Of a stretch of DNA of 32,000 bases, positions 1-8,321 are shown one piece after another. The stretch is taken from positions 1,260,001-1,292,000 of the forward strand of contig NC_000854.2 in assembly GCF_000011125.1 (NCBI RefSeq), in the 5' to 3' direction. A model generated the notes under the pieces. That model was given only the letters and a program-made list of their open reading frames with translations, was not told where the DNA came from and ran no database searches. This DNA is from Aeropyrum pernix K1 (GTDB taxonomy: Archaea > Thermoproteota > Thermoprotei_A > Sulfolobales > Acidilobaceae). A program made the position numbers and the translations under genes. Within the stretch, counting starts at the first letter, position 1. Every line of letters starts with the position of its first letter.

Positions 1-1
1 A

Positions 2-130
2 TATATCGTCGAGGCCGTCGAGGACCTCGGCATAACAGGCAGCTCAACCATAATATTCGTCCCCCGAACATGCCTGCCCCAAGCCTACAACGCTGCACTC
101 AGGATAATTGTGGAGAGGCTGTGTAAGTAG
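2..130 (+). CDS. 3' end of an unidentified CDS (partial, runs off the window start)
   Basis: Open frame from the window edge to TAG at 128-130, translating ...YIVEAVEDLGITGSSTIIFVPRTCLPQAYNAALRIIVERLCK*. Host-like GC-rich codons. No family recognised. Confidence 0.3.
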   Translation, partial: YIVEAVEDLGITGSSTIIFVPRTCLPQAYNAALRIIVERLCK

Positions 131-171
131 ATTCAGCCCGGTGTTATGGGGGGTTCCTATACACTAGCCCT

Positions 172-191
172 TGTTAACCCCCCGGTATACA
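172..191. repeat. Left copy of a perfect 20-bp inverted repeat (TGTTAACCCCCCGGTATACA)
   Basis: Exact reverse complement of 1243-1262. A related half-site at 141-164 has the same TGTTA...TATACA flanks with a G6 centre instead of C6. Confidence 0.9.
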
Positions 192-399
192 AGCTAGAAA
201 CATAACATATACAACCACAACCAGCAAAGGAGTCTCGAAGAAGCGGTAGGTAGGGTTCGGGTTTTTCTTGTCTAGGTAATACGTTTATAATGATACAAAA
301 GGTAATATCATAGAGTATTTAGTATTAGAGCTTACACCCGGCACCCCCAGGACCATAATATCGGGGGTGTATTGTAGTAGATACTAGTAGCCGGGTGGT

Positions 400-1335
400 C
401 TAGGCATCTAGACCGGCGCTGCACGCCTCTAGAACATCTTTAGTCTTCTTGGACATGCCTACTCTCATGCCGAGACGGGGGTCGCGGTAGATGTATATGA
501 AGCCCTTGGTCTGGAGGCTCCTCAGGTTCTTCACTAGCCACTGGAAGTCGGCCTGCATACCTTCCTGGAGCTGGTCTAGGTAGATGTATGTTGTCCCCCA
601 CTTGGCGTAGTGGTCTAGAAGGAACCTCATGATCTCGGCCTCCTCCTCGTCAAGCTCCTCCGCTATAACGTCGAGGGCGCATGATGCTGTGAGACCCCTG
701 TTTTGCTGTTTATTGCCTGGCTTACCTTTTAACCCGGCAATGAATGGCAAGGGAGGGCCAGCCTGCCTCCTCGGGCGCGCTTCTCTCTTGCTGTTTATTG
801 CCGTCTTATCAGGTAAACTGTTGAGTATACGTTGGGCCACTGCAGCGAACTCGTTGAACCTATCCCTACTCTCCCTATCGAGGACCTCCCGGGCGTACTC
901 CTCCCCAAGGGTGGTGAGGTACCAGAGGCCCGACTCGTACTCCACATACCCCCGGGTCTTCCAGTAGCTGAGGTAGCTGGATATGTAGCGGGTGCTGTAG
1001 CCCAGTATACCGGCGATCTCGGCAGCCCTCATAGGCTTGGCAAGCAGCATAACCAGTATGGCGTCGACAAGCCTGCTCCTAGGCCCCCTCCTACCCCGGG
1101 CCTTGGCCTTAGCCTCCTCATGCTGCTCCAGATACTCCCTAACCGCCCTCCAGAGGTCGTCAGACACGCCTAACCCCACAACAATAATATGCCGCTCTAG
1201 GGTGTGGTGTTGGAGGGGTTGGTAGTACTGGGCTGCAGAGCCTGTATACCGGGGGGTTAACAGGCCGTTCACCCAAACCGTGCCTTCATGTAACAAATTA
1301 TGGCAGGTTGTGTCGGGCACGGCTGGGTTCATCAC
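400..1335 (-). CDS. Putative DNA-binding protein with two winged-helix-like domains, family not recognised
   Basis: 311-aa ORF. Residues ~85-150 (LVDAILVMLLAKPMRAAEIAGILGYSTRYISSYLSYWKTRGYVEYE) and ~235-300 (IMRFLLDHYAKWG...LRSLQTKGFIYIYRD) look like wHTH modules joined by a basic Pro/Gly linker. Start is uncertain: in-frame GTG codons have their first bases at 1179 and 1167 on the minus strand. AT-rich non-coding DNA lies on both sides. Confidence 0.65.
   Translation of the reverse strand: MMNPAVPDTTCHNLLHEGTVWVNGLLTPRYTGSAAQYYQPLQHHTLERHIIVVGLGVSDDLWRAVREYLEQHEEAKAKARGRRGPRSRLVDAILVMLLAKPMRAAEIAGILGYSTRYISSYLSYWKTRGYVEYESGLWYLTTLGEEYAREVLDRESRDRFNEFAAVAQRILNSLPDKTAINSKREARPRRQAGPPLPFIAGLKGKPGNKQQNRGLTASCALDVIAEELDEEEAEIMRFLLDHYAKWGTTYIYLDQLQEGMQADFQWLVKNLRSLQTKGFIYIYRDPRLGMRVGMSKKTKDVLEACSAGLDA
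1243..1262. repeat. Right copy of the perfect 20-bp inverted repeat (TGTATACCGGGGGGTTAACA)
   Basis: Exact reverse complement of 172-191. It lies in codons ~25-31 of the longest version of ORF 400..1335, or about 65-85 nt upstream of it if a GTG start is used. Confidence 0.9.
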
Positions 1336-1356
1336 GGTCTCCCCGGGGCCGCCTAC

Positions 1357-1376
1357 GGAAGCCCCTGGGGGCTTCC
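1357..1376. repeat. GC-rich hairpin or palindrome (GGAAGCCCC-TG-GGGGCTTCC)
   Basis: 9-bp perfect arms with a 2-nt loop, just upstream of the ATG of the wHTH ORF. Flanked by further CCCCGGGG-type palindromes between 1340 and 1400. Confidence 0.8.
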
Positions 1377-1472
1377 CTCGGGAACCCCGGGGTCACCGGG
1401 GTTAGGTTTATGAACTTCAAGCCTTAAAGTTTTGTTGGGGATTCCCCAATATGAGCTACCGAAGAGATATGC

Positions 1473-1503
1473 TTAGATAGGCATTCAACATCAGCCTATC
1501 TAA
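1473..1503. repeat. Inverted repeat TTAGATAGGC-N11-GCCTATCTAA
   Basis: 10-bp perfect arms read directly from the sequence. Lies in the AT-rich spacer between the nreA stop and the wHTH gene. Followed by GATACAG/AGAAAG direct repeats at 1517-1550. Confidence 0.8.
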
Positions 1504-1610
1504 TAGCTCTACGCGGTATAGAAAGATACAGTCCGATACAGAAAGTTACAGCTTAGTGTTTCTGCCCCCGCACCACGGCCAACCAAAACCCTCAGGCGAC
1601 ACACCCCTCG

Positions 1611-2843
1611 CTAGTCCATGTAGCTTTCCAGCGTCTTCCTAGGCTTCATGAGCTGTGAGATCCTCTTCGCCAGGCCCCACTCGCCTATGAGCTTGGAGGC
1701 GAGGGCGTCCAGCTCGCCCGGCTGGGGGTTTTTGGCGAGGGGTTTTTGTGCTAGCGCGTGTTTGACCGTCTCCCTTATGTGCCAGTTGCCCACGGGGGCG
1801 TAGTACTGTGGGAGGACCTCCCTCACTATTATCACGTCAGCCCTTCGGCCGCGGGAGTATAGGTGTTCGAGGACGGGCAGCTTTGCGGCGCTGAAGCCGC
1901 CGTCCTCCATGTTCTTCCTGCCCAGGGGGTCTTCACGTACTACGGAAGCCACCGGGCCGCCGGCGCCGGGGGTCCAGACGGTGTGTGGGTGCCATATCTC
2001 TATCCACTCCATCCAGCCGGGGCCAGGCTTCAGTATTATTAGGAACCTGTTGTGAAGGTACTCGGAGAAGTAGACCTCAACCCCCCCTATCTCGGGCGCG
2101 GTCTTCAGGAGCCTCCTAAGCCTTCTTGAGAGCATCTCGTCGACAGCCGTTATAGCCCACCTTGTGGGGACCAGCCTCCTAGCCCTCAGCCTGCCCAGGA
2201 AGCCTATTGAGAGGGCCCTCTGTATCGTATAGACGTTAACCCCCCGGTTAAACAGCTCCCACGCCATCACCTCAGCCTTCTCATCCTCCCAGATAGCCCT
2301 CTCAACAGGCTTCTCCAGCCTGGGGTTTCCCTCGACCTCCACCCTCCTGGCGGGGGCTGTGGGGCCGACGGGCTTGGTGTAGCCGTCGAAGGACACCCTC
2401 GGCACGGGGAGGCGGGCTAGCTCCAGGAAGCTGTCCACAGGCCTCTCTGAAAGGGCTGCCGGGCCGATCTCCCTCTGGTAGAGGAGCTCGTGGGGCCTCC
2501 TGGCGTCAGCCCTGAGGACGCCGGCCACAAGCTCGCTCCTCAGCCTGACAATAGACCCCAGGGGGGTGCGTGAGGACCTCCAGCCCAGAGGGTCCTCGTA
2601 CCTCTGGGCCTCCGGGCCCGCGACCCCGGGGGGCACCATGTAGTAGAGCCTCACGCCGGGATAGCCCCTCTCACCCACTAGTATCGAGGGGGGTGTGGAG
2701 CCCTGCACCTCCCTGGACCACCGAGCCCTCTCCAGGCTCCTAGCCTGGCTCCTCAGCCTGTCGAGTATGGGGCATGAGGGCAGGCCGCATAGGAGCCTGT
2801 AGCCCTTGCACCTGGTGCAAAGCTCGGGAGGTATCCTCGGCAT
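1611..2843 (-). CDS. nreA: Nre-family archaeal DNA repair protein (NreA-like)
   Basis: 410 aa. N-terminal Cys cluster CTRCKGYRLLCGLPSCP and length typical of the archaeal Nre (DUF650/DUF651) family. C-terminal RKTLESYMD resembles a PCNA-interacting (PIP) box. Abuts the upstream gene with zero spacing. Confidence 0.75.
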   Translation of the reverse strand: MPRIPPELCTRCKGYRLLCGLPSCPILDRLRSQARSLERARWSREVQGSTPPSILVGERGYPGVRLYYMVPPGVAGPEAQRYEDPLGWRSSRTPLGSIVRLRSELVAGVLRADARRPHELLYQREIGPAALSERPVDSFLELARLPVPRVSFDGYTKPVGPTAPARRVEVEGNPRLEKPVERAIWEDEKAEVMAWELFNRGVNVYTIQRALSIGFLGRLRARRLVPTRWAITAVDEMLSRRLRRLLKTAPEIGGVEVYFSEYLHNRFLIILKPGPGWMEWIEIWHPHTVWTPGAGGPVASVVREDPLGRKNMEDGGFSAAKLPVLEHLYSRGRRADVIIVREVLPQYYAPVGNWHIRETVKHALAQKPLAKNPQPGELDALASKLIGEWGLAKRISQLMKPRKTLESYMD

Positions 2844-3992
2844 CTAGGGGCGCCCCTCTAGCCTCCGGCCCTTGACCACGAATCCTCTAGACTCCACCAG
2901 CTCCTTAAGGGTGTCGGCCTGGCCCGAGTATATCTTAGCCAGCACCGTGTCCCCCCTACTTATCTCGGGGTCCTCCAGGAAGGGTATGATCCACTTACCC
3001 CCAACCTTGGCAGCAACTATGACTAGCCCCTCCTCGTCGAGGCCCAGCTCCGACAGCCTCCTCCTCTCACCCATGTAGTCGAGCGCCAGGTAGGACTCCC
3101 ACGGGTCGCCTATAGTCCCCTCTACCACTCTGCCAGGCAGCTCTGTCTCCACGAGCCCGGCAGCCCTGGCTGCGGCGTCGGAGAAGTCCTCGAGGCTCCT
3201 GAGGAAGAGTATGAGTGTGAGTGTCTCGGGGCCCGTGAGGCCCTGGGCAACTATATCCTCCATAAGGCTTAGTATATCGTTGTCCAGCATCTCCTCCATA
3301 TCAAGCACTGTCCGGGCCAGGCCGGCGTCGCCGGCCAGGAGGCTGTAGAGGGAGGCGTCGAACCCCGCCCTGGCGAGGACCTTAGCTCTAGCCACACCCC
3401 GGGCAGTGTCGTCCGCCAGCAGCGTCTCCACGTCTGCCGGAGGCTTGGGAGGCTTGGCGCCCAGCGATTCCGCAGCCTCCAGCAGCGCCTCTAGGCTGCC
3501 CCTCACTATCAGCACGTCACCCTCCCTTATTGAGAAGTCTTCTGGGCTCAGCAAAGCCCTACCACCCCTCCTGAGTATAAGGACGTCGACTATGTCTAGC
3601 CTGTCCAGCGGCTTCTCAGCCTTCAGGGCAGCGACTACCTCGCCGCAGCATATGGCGGCGGCTGTTACGTACTTGTGGGGCGGGTAGCCCCTGAGCACTA
3701 GCTGTGCCAGGTCTCCGGCGGCGTCGCTCGCCCTGTCGAAGGCGGCAGCCAGCTCGACTATGCCCTTCGCTAGCCCCGTGTGGCCCGGCCCCCTTACTGC
3801 TAGGCTGAGGAGCCCGACCGCCTCCCTTATAATCTCGTCTACATCGTCCTCCAGCATCAGGGTCTCGAGGGCGGCGAGGCGGTCGCCGAAGGCGACGCTG
3901 TATATGGAGAGGTCTATCATGATGCTCGTTAGACGCCTGGCCTCGCTGAGGAGGCCTACTATGCCGCCCCTCCGCCTATCCTCTCCCATCAC
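2844..3992 (-). CDS. PhoU-like / TrkA-C (RCK C-terminal) domain regulatory protein
   Basis: 382 aa with two helical PhoU-like segments, each followed by a TrkA-C-like segment (...REGDVLIVRGSLEALLEA... and ...ISRGDTVLAKIYSGQADTLKEL...). Architecture matches the conserved archaeal PhoU+TrkA_C family. Confidence 0.7.
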   Translation of the reverse strand: MMGEDRRRGGIVGLLSEARRLTSIMIDLSIYSVAFGDRLAALETLMLEDDVDEIIREAVGLLSLAVRGPGHTGLAKGIVELAAAFDRASDAAGDLAQLVLRGYPPHKYVTAAAICCGEVVAALKAEKPLDRLDIVDVLILRRGGRALLSPEDFSIREGDVLIVRGSLEALLEAAESLGAKPPKPPADVETLLADDTARGVARAKVLARAGFDASLYSLLAGDAGLARTVLDMEEMLDNDILSLMEDIVAQGLTGPETLTLILFLRSLEDFSDAAARAAGLVETELPGRVVEGTIGDPWESYLALDYMGERRRLSELGLDEEGLVIVAAKVGGKWIIPFLEDPEISRGDTVLAKIYSGQADTLKELVESRGFVVKGRRLEGRP

Positions 3993-4446
3993 CGCCTCCC
4001 CGGAGGAGGAAGTAGAGTATGAGTGCAGCCTCGGCTATGGGGCCCACCTTCCCCTCCACACCCTCTATATAAACCCTAATGGCCCCCGCCGCCTCGCTAG
4101 GGTCGAGCTCCGGCTCGCCCCCGCTGAATACGACCAGGACTCTCCCCTCAAGCCCCTCCAGCCCCCCGGGGCCCACGAGCCTCTCAGCCCTCGAGGGCGT
4201 CACAGCCAGGACGTGGGTGGGGGATAGCAGGTTGACGGCGTCCCGGAGCTCTGGGAGGACTACCAGGCTTTTGCCTAGCTTAAGGGCAAGCCTCATAGCC
4301 TCCGGCACTCCAGACTGGGCCGCCCCTCCGTAGGCCTTGGTGACCACCAGTGTGTCGAGGCCTAGGCTGTAGGAGAGCCTGGCCATGTCGACCACCCTCT
4401 GGACGCTGGAGACGTTGTGGAGCACCGGTATCACTTCCACTGGCAA
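3976..4446 (-). CDS. Conserved archaeal protein, probable SPOUT-fold (methyltransferase-like)
   Basis: 156 aa. The pattern VLHNVSSVQRVVDMARL...LVVT...VLVVFSGGEPEL...GPIAEAALILYFLL parallels the aTrm56 encoded at 5963..6526 (LRLGHR...[10 protein letters not shown]...LVVVGAEK...[14 protein letters not shown]). Overlaps the downstream gene by 17 nt. Confidence 0.5.
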   Translation of the reverse strand: MPVEVIPVLHNVSSVQRVVDMARLSYSLGLDTLVVTKAYGGAAQSGVPEAMRLALKLGKSLVVLPELRDAVNLLSPTHVLAVTPSRAERLVGPGGLEGLEGRVLVVFSGGEPELDPSEAAGAIRVYIEGVEGKVGPIAEAALILYFLLRGGGDGRG

Positions 4447-4451
4447 CCCTC

Positions 4452-5435
4452 CTATACACCCCTCTCATCTTCAAGTAGGGCTGCGAGGTATTCAGCTATA
4501 GCCTTTGCAAGCGGGGGAGGCACAGCCTCGCCCACCATGTTGTACTGCGCGTCCCGGCTGCCGAGGAATATGTGGTAGTCGGGGAAGCCCATCAGCCTCG
4601 CCTGCTCCCTCACAGTCAGGAGCCTGTCCTGCCAGGGGTGGATGAACCTTCTAGACCCCATGACAGTTGGGGCGGGCGCATCGGGGTCGAGCCTTATGTA
4701 GTTGGGTATCCTCCTCCCTCCAGCCCCCTGGAACTGTATGAGCCCCTCCCCAGCCCTGAGCCTGGCAGCCCTCCTCATCTTCCTGGCCGGGAGTTCGGGC
4801 GGGGCCTCGTGGTTAGGCGGCCACGCCGCCCCCGGCTCTGGGAGGTCCTTGAGGACCTCGCCCACGCTAGGCCCCCTCCTCCGCGGGGGGCGGAGTCTTG
4901 CGTTGGAGACGAAAACCCTAAGCCTCCTGCTGGGCGTGCCGTGCTCCTCAGCCCTAAGCAGGTTGAAGTAAACCCTCCTGTAGCCGGCCTTTGAGAGCTC
5001 CATCCTCACGGCCCTCTCTATCTCCGGGTGTGCTATGCCGGGAACGTTCTCTATGACGAAGAACCTGGGCTTGAGGAGGCCTATGAGCCTTATTGCGTGT
5101 AGGAAGAGCTGGCCGGCCGGGTCTCTGTAAAGCCTGTCCAGCGGCCTCTCCATCCTCCTGGGGTTCGCCCCCGTGAACGGCTCGCAGGGGGGGCTGGCTA
5201 TGACGACGTCAACCTCCCCGGGGCTCAAGCCTGAGACGCTCGATATCTCCTCTAGCCCCACCTCCTTCACATCGTCAGCTATGAAGGCGGTGTGGGGGAA
5301 GTTGGCCTTGTAGGTCCTCGCCGCCGGGGGGTAGTTGTCTATGGCCACTCTTACCCTGAAGCCCGCCTCCTCGAACCCTCTGGAGAAGCCTCCCCCTCCC
5401 GCGAATACGTCAGCTGCGGTATATCCTTGACTCAT
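4452..5435 (-). CDS. dcm: DNA (cytosine-5)-methyltransferase, solitary
   Basis: 327 aa with the ordered C5-MTase motifs: [79 protein letters not shown]. No nuclease-like neighbour. Confidence 0.9.
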   Translation of the reverse strand: MSQGYTAADVFAGGGGFSRGFEEAGFRVRVAIDNYPPAARTYKANFPHTAFIADDVKEVGLEEISSVSGLSPGEVDVVIASPPCEPFTGANPRRMERPLDRLYRDPAGQLFLHAIRLIGLLKPRFFVIENVPGIAHPEIERAVRMELSKAGYRRVYFNLLRAEEHGTPSRRLRVFVSNARLRPPRRRGPSVGEVLKDLPEPGAAWPPNHEAPPELPARKMRRAARLRAGEGLIQFQGAGGRRIPNYIRLDPDAPAPTVMGSRRFIHPWQDRLLTVREQARLMGFPDYHIFLGSRDAQYNMVGEAVPPPLAKAIAEYLAALLEDERGV

Positions 5436-5979
5436 CCCTGGCTATCTCCTCCCTAAGCGCGTCTATCGTTCGCCTAAGCCTCTCCAGCCCCTCCCTACTA
5501 TCGGCCTCCTCGAGGACCTCCCCGCATCTCGGGCATGTGAAGTCTAGGGTGAAGGCCTCGTCGAAGCTGTACTTGGAGCCGCATCTCGGGCATGTGTAGT
5601 AGGAGTTGCCGCTGTCGTGGGCCTCCTTAACCACAAGCTTCTCCAACACCTTCTTCTTAAGGGTCAGGAGCGACACGTTTATGGTGTCGCTGTCTATCCT
5701 CCAGAAGTAGCGTGTAGCCTCCTTCCTCGGGTGCCTCCCCTTCCTGCTCACTATAATCCTCTTATCGCCGAGCAGCCTGAGTATCCTCCTTATGTCGCTC
5801 TGCTTGTAGCCTGTGAGGCTCTCCAGGTCGTCGTCGCTTATGCCGCCGTTGGGGGTCTCCTCGTATATGAGGTGGAAGATGTGGGCGGCCATCTCCGGCT
5901 TGATACCGTTAGCCTGGGCCAGCTTCCTAACGTATATCTCCAGGCTCTTGACAGCCCTGTTCCTACCCTTTCCTTTCAA
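5410..5979 (-). CDS. tfe: Transcription factor E (TFIIE-alpha homologue)
   Basis: 189 aa. N-terminal winged helix ([26 protein letters not shown]) plus a zinc ribbon CPRCG-x16-CPRCG. Size and architecture match archaeal TFE. Confidence 0.85.
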
Positions 5980-6526
5980 CCCTCTTACCCCTCTGGCTCT
6001 CCATAACCCTTAAAAACCCTCCACTATAATCTATAAACCTCCACTCGCCCCTAAATAACCTGTCCAGGAATAAGGCTAGAGCGGCTACCTCGCTATGGGG
6101 CTGCGTCCCCACGGAGACGTTCCAATCCGCCTCCTCATAGTAGAACCTCTCAACCTTCTCAGCCCCCACAACCACAAGCTTCCTCCTCGGGCTCGCCGCT
6201 ATCACGGGTGCAACGTCGTCCACGTTAACCCCATACATTGTTAGATGGACAACCTCACCCCCACCCTCCCTCCACATCCTCACGTACCGCCTTCCCGAGA
6301 CCCCGCACTCAACAGTGAAGGGGCCGCCCCACCTGGCAACCACCCTCCTAACACTCTCAACCACGCCCTCGTCACACACCCCCTCTAGGACGAAGCCGTT
6401 GGCGCCGAAAGCCCTCGCGACTAGGGCAACGTGCGTCGTAACCCTCTTATCCCTCTCAGGCCTGTGGCCCAGCCTCAGGACGTACACGTCTCCGTAGGGG
6501 CCGCCAGGCTTCAACCAGCCAGACAC
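5963..6526 (-). CDS. trm56: tRNA (cytidine56-2'-O)-methyltransferase aTrm56 (SPOUT)
   Basis: 187 aa. Signature [26 protein letters not shown] and a C-terminal trefoil-knot-like segment typical of aTrm56. Confidence 0.85.
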
Positions 6527-6560
6527 CCCCGGGTGTGTAGGATAGTGTTTGGGCCTGGGG

Positions 6561-7679
6561 CTAGTCCATATGCCCCGCCTCGAGGAGGCCCTCTAGCCTG
6601 TCACCGTCGACTATTTTGATGATGCTTCTGACGAGCCTGTCAACGCCGTAACCGGTCTTGGCGGATATAGGTATCACGGGGGGGCTGTGGGGGAGTATGC
6701 TGGCCTCCCTCTCTATCAATGCTATCCTTTCGCCGATCTCCGGGGGCTGTAGGGCGTCTATCTTGTTTGCCGCTATCACCATGGGGGCTGAGAGGGCTCC
6801 TATCCTTGCTAAGGTGTCTATGCCTGCGTGGAGCTTCTCCTCTATATCGCTCGGCGGCTCGGCGGCGTCTATGACGAACACTATGGCGTCGGAGTGTTTA
6901 ACCTCCGCCAGGGTTGCGTGGAAGGCCTCCACGATCTCTGGGGGTACGTCGCGTATGAAGCCCACCGTGTCCGCGGCTAGAACCCCTTCTACACCCCCCC
7001 ACGTTATCCTGCTGTGCTTCGGCTGGAGTGTGGTGAAGTACTCGGGCCCCACAGGCCTATCCTCGCCTGTCAGTAGGTTGAAAAGGCTGGTCTTGCCTGC
7101 GGAGGCGTAGCCTACTATGCTCACCTGCTTAAGCCCGCTCTTAGCCCTGGAGGATAGCCTGCTCTCCCTGGTGCTCCTCATCTTATCAAGCTCCCTCCTT
7201 ATCTTGACAAGCCTCCTCCTAAGGTGTCTGAGGTACTGGTCGGCGGCGTACATTCCGGGGCCTAGGAAGCCTGGGTACTCGCCCATCTTGCTCCTCCTCA
7301 CGAACTCCCTGGCCAGGGGTATCTCATGCTTAATCCTCGCAGCCTCTATCTGGAGGAGCGCCTCTCTGGATGAGGCGTGTAGGGCGAAGATCTCTAATAT
7401 AAGCATGACCCTGTCTACAACGTTTAGTCCTGTCTCCCTCATGACGGTGAACTTGGAGGAGGGCTGCAGGTCGCCGTAGTATATCAGGGCTTCGGCTCCC
7501 GAGGACCTCGCCTCATCCTTTATGGCGTCCAGGAGCCCCTTCTTTATTATCCTCGGGTGCCTGTTCCTCCATAGCCTGGCCACATCGTACCCCGCCGTCT
7601 CCGCTAGGGCCAGTGCCTCGTCAAGATGCCTCTCTAGCAGCCTGGGTATCACCATGAGAGCCTTCCTTCTACTCTTCAT
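6561..7679 (-). CDS. hflX: GTPase HflX
   Basis: 372 aa. HflX N-terminal domain followed by a G-domain with G1 [13 protein letters not shown]3 DTVGF and G4 NKID. Confidence 0.9.
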   Translation of the reverse strand: MKSRRKALMVIPRLLERHLDEALALAETAGYDVARLWRNRHPRIIKKGLLDAIKDEARSSGAEALIYYGDLQPSSKFTVMRETGLNVVDRVMLILEIFALHASSREALLQIEAARIKHEIPLAREFVRRSKMGEYPGFLGPGMYAADQYLRHLRRRLVKIRRELDKMRSTRESRLSSRAKSGLKQVSIVGYASAGKTSLFNLLTGEDRPVGPEYFTTLQPKHSRITWGGVEGVLAADTVGFIRDVPPEIVEAFHATLAEVKHSDAIVFVIDAAEPPSDIEEKLHAGIDTLARIGALSAPMVIAANKIDALQPPEIGERIALIEREASILPHSPPVIPISAKTGYGVDRLVRSIIKIVDGDRLEGLLEAGHMD

Positions 7680-8184
7680 CCCTGTCTACCACCACTATAT
7701 CCCCCAGGGTTATATAGTCCCTACCATAATCCTCGTCGTAGTAAGCCTCCTCATCAACAACGGGCTCGAGCAGTTTAACACCCAGCATCTTCTCCATCCT
7801 CTTGGCCAGGTCGAGGCTGGGCTTCAGCTTCCCCGACTCTATCCTCCTGAGCATTGTCTCGCTTATCCTGAGCTTCTGCGCCAGCACAGCAGTGCTCCAC
7901 CCCCTGGCCTCCCTCGCCTCTCTAATCCTCTCGGGATAATCCTCCACCAGGTCATACATGTCTAGGGGGACTCTCCGCGGCCTCCTAGCACCCCCAGAGC
8001 CTCCCCTCGCCGCGCCTCTCCTGCTAGGCCTCGCCTCCCTCAGCAGCTGGGCCCTGCCGCTCCTGGCTAGCTTCATGTAGCAGCTCAAGCACAGGTCCAT
8101 CTCAACCCCTTCAACGCTAACCCTATAAGGCCTCCCCCTAATCTCTGCACCGCACAGCTCACAGTAGGCGCTGGCCTGCTTCAA
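7669..8184 (-). CDS. mbf1: Archaeal multiprotein-bridging-factor-1-like protein (zinc ribbon + XRE HTH)
   Basis: 171 aa. N-terminal CELCG...CLSCY zinc ribbon and C-terminal HTH (RGWSTAVLAQKLRISETMLRRIESGK). Overlaps hflX by 11 nt. Confidence 0.8.
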   Translation of the reverse strand: MKQASAYCELCGAEIRGRPYRVSVEGVEMDLCLSCYMKLARSGRAQLLREARPSRRGAARGGSGGARRPRRVPLDMYDLVEDYPERIREAREARGWSTAVLAQKLRISETMLRRIESGKLKPSLDLAKRMEKMLGVKLLEPVVDEEAYYDEDYGRDYITLGDIVVVDRDEE

Positions 8185-8321
8185 ACCGCCGGAGCACCGT
8201 GTAATACTAGGGCGCCGTCCAGACCTAAATACCCGCGGGGCAGCCGCGTCTTAAACTTTTTGATATAGGCCCTCACGCCTTTTAAACACCATTAGCTTTA
8301 AATTGGAAAGCGGGGGATTAG
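8185..8321. promoter_or_regulatory. Divergent promoter region for mbf1 (-) and pan (+)
   Basis: AT-rich TATA-like boxes: TTTTAAAC at 8280-8287 and TTTAAATT at 8297-8304 upstream of the pan ATG at 8322, and TAAATAC at 8226-8232 on the mbf1 side. A G-rich GGGGG lies 6 nt before the ATG. No transcription start site data. Confidence 0.4.

Noticed and set aside
219-246. A stretch containing TCTCGAAGA matches the CRISPR repeat at 15 of 24 positions. It was considered as a decayed solitary repeat.
   Set aside because: A rough binomial estimate gives several such 15/24 matches per 64 kb of two-strand sequence. No second copy or spacer periodicity is present.
6617-6631. TGATGA followed by CTGA, considered as a C/D-box sRNA.
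   Set aside because: It lies inside the well-supported hflX coding region, with no second C'/D' pair or terminal stem.
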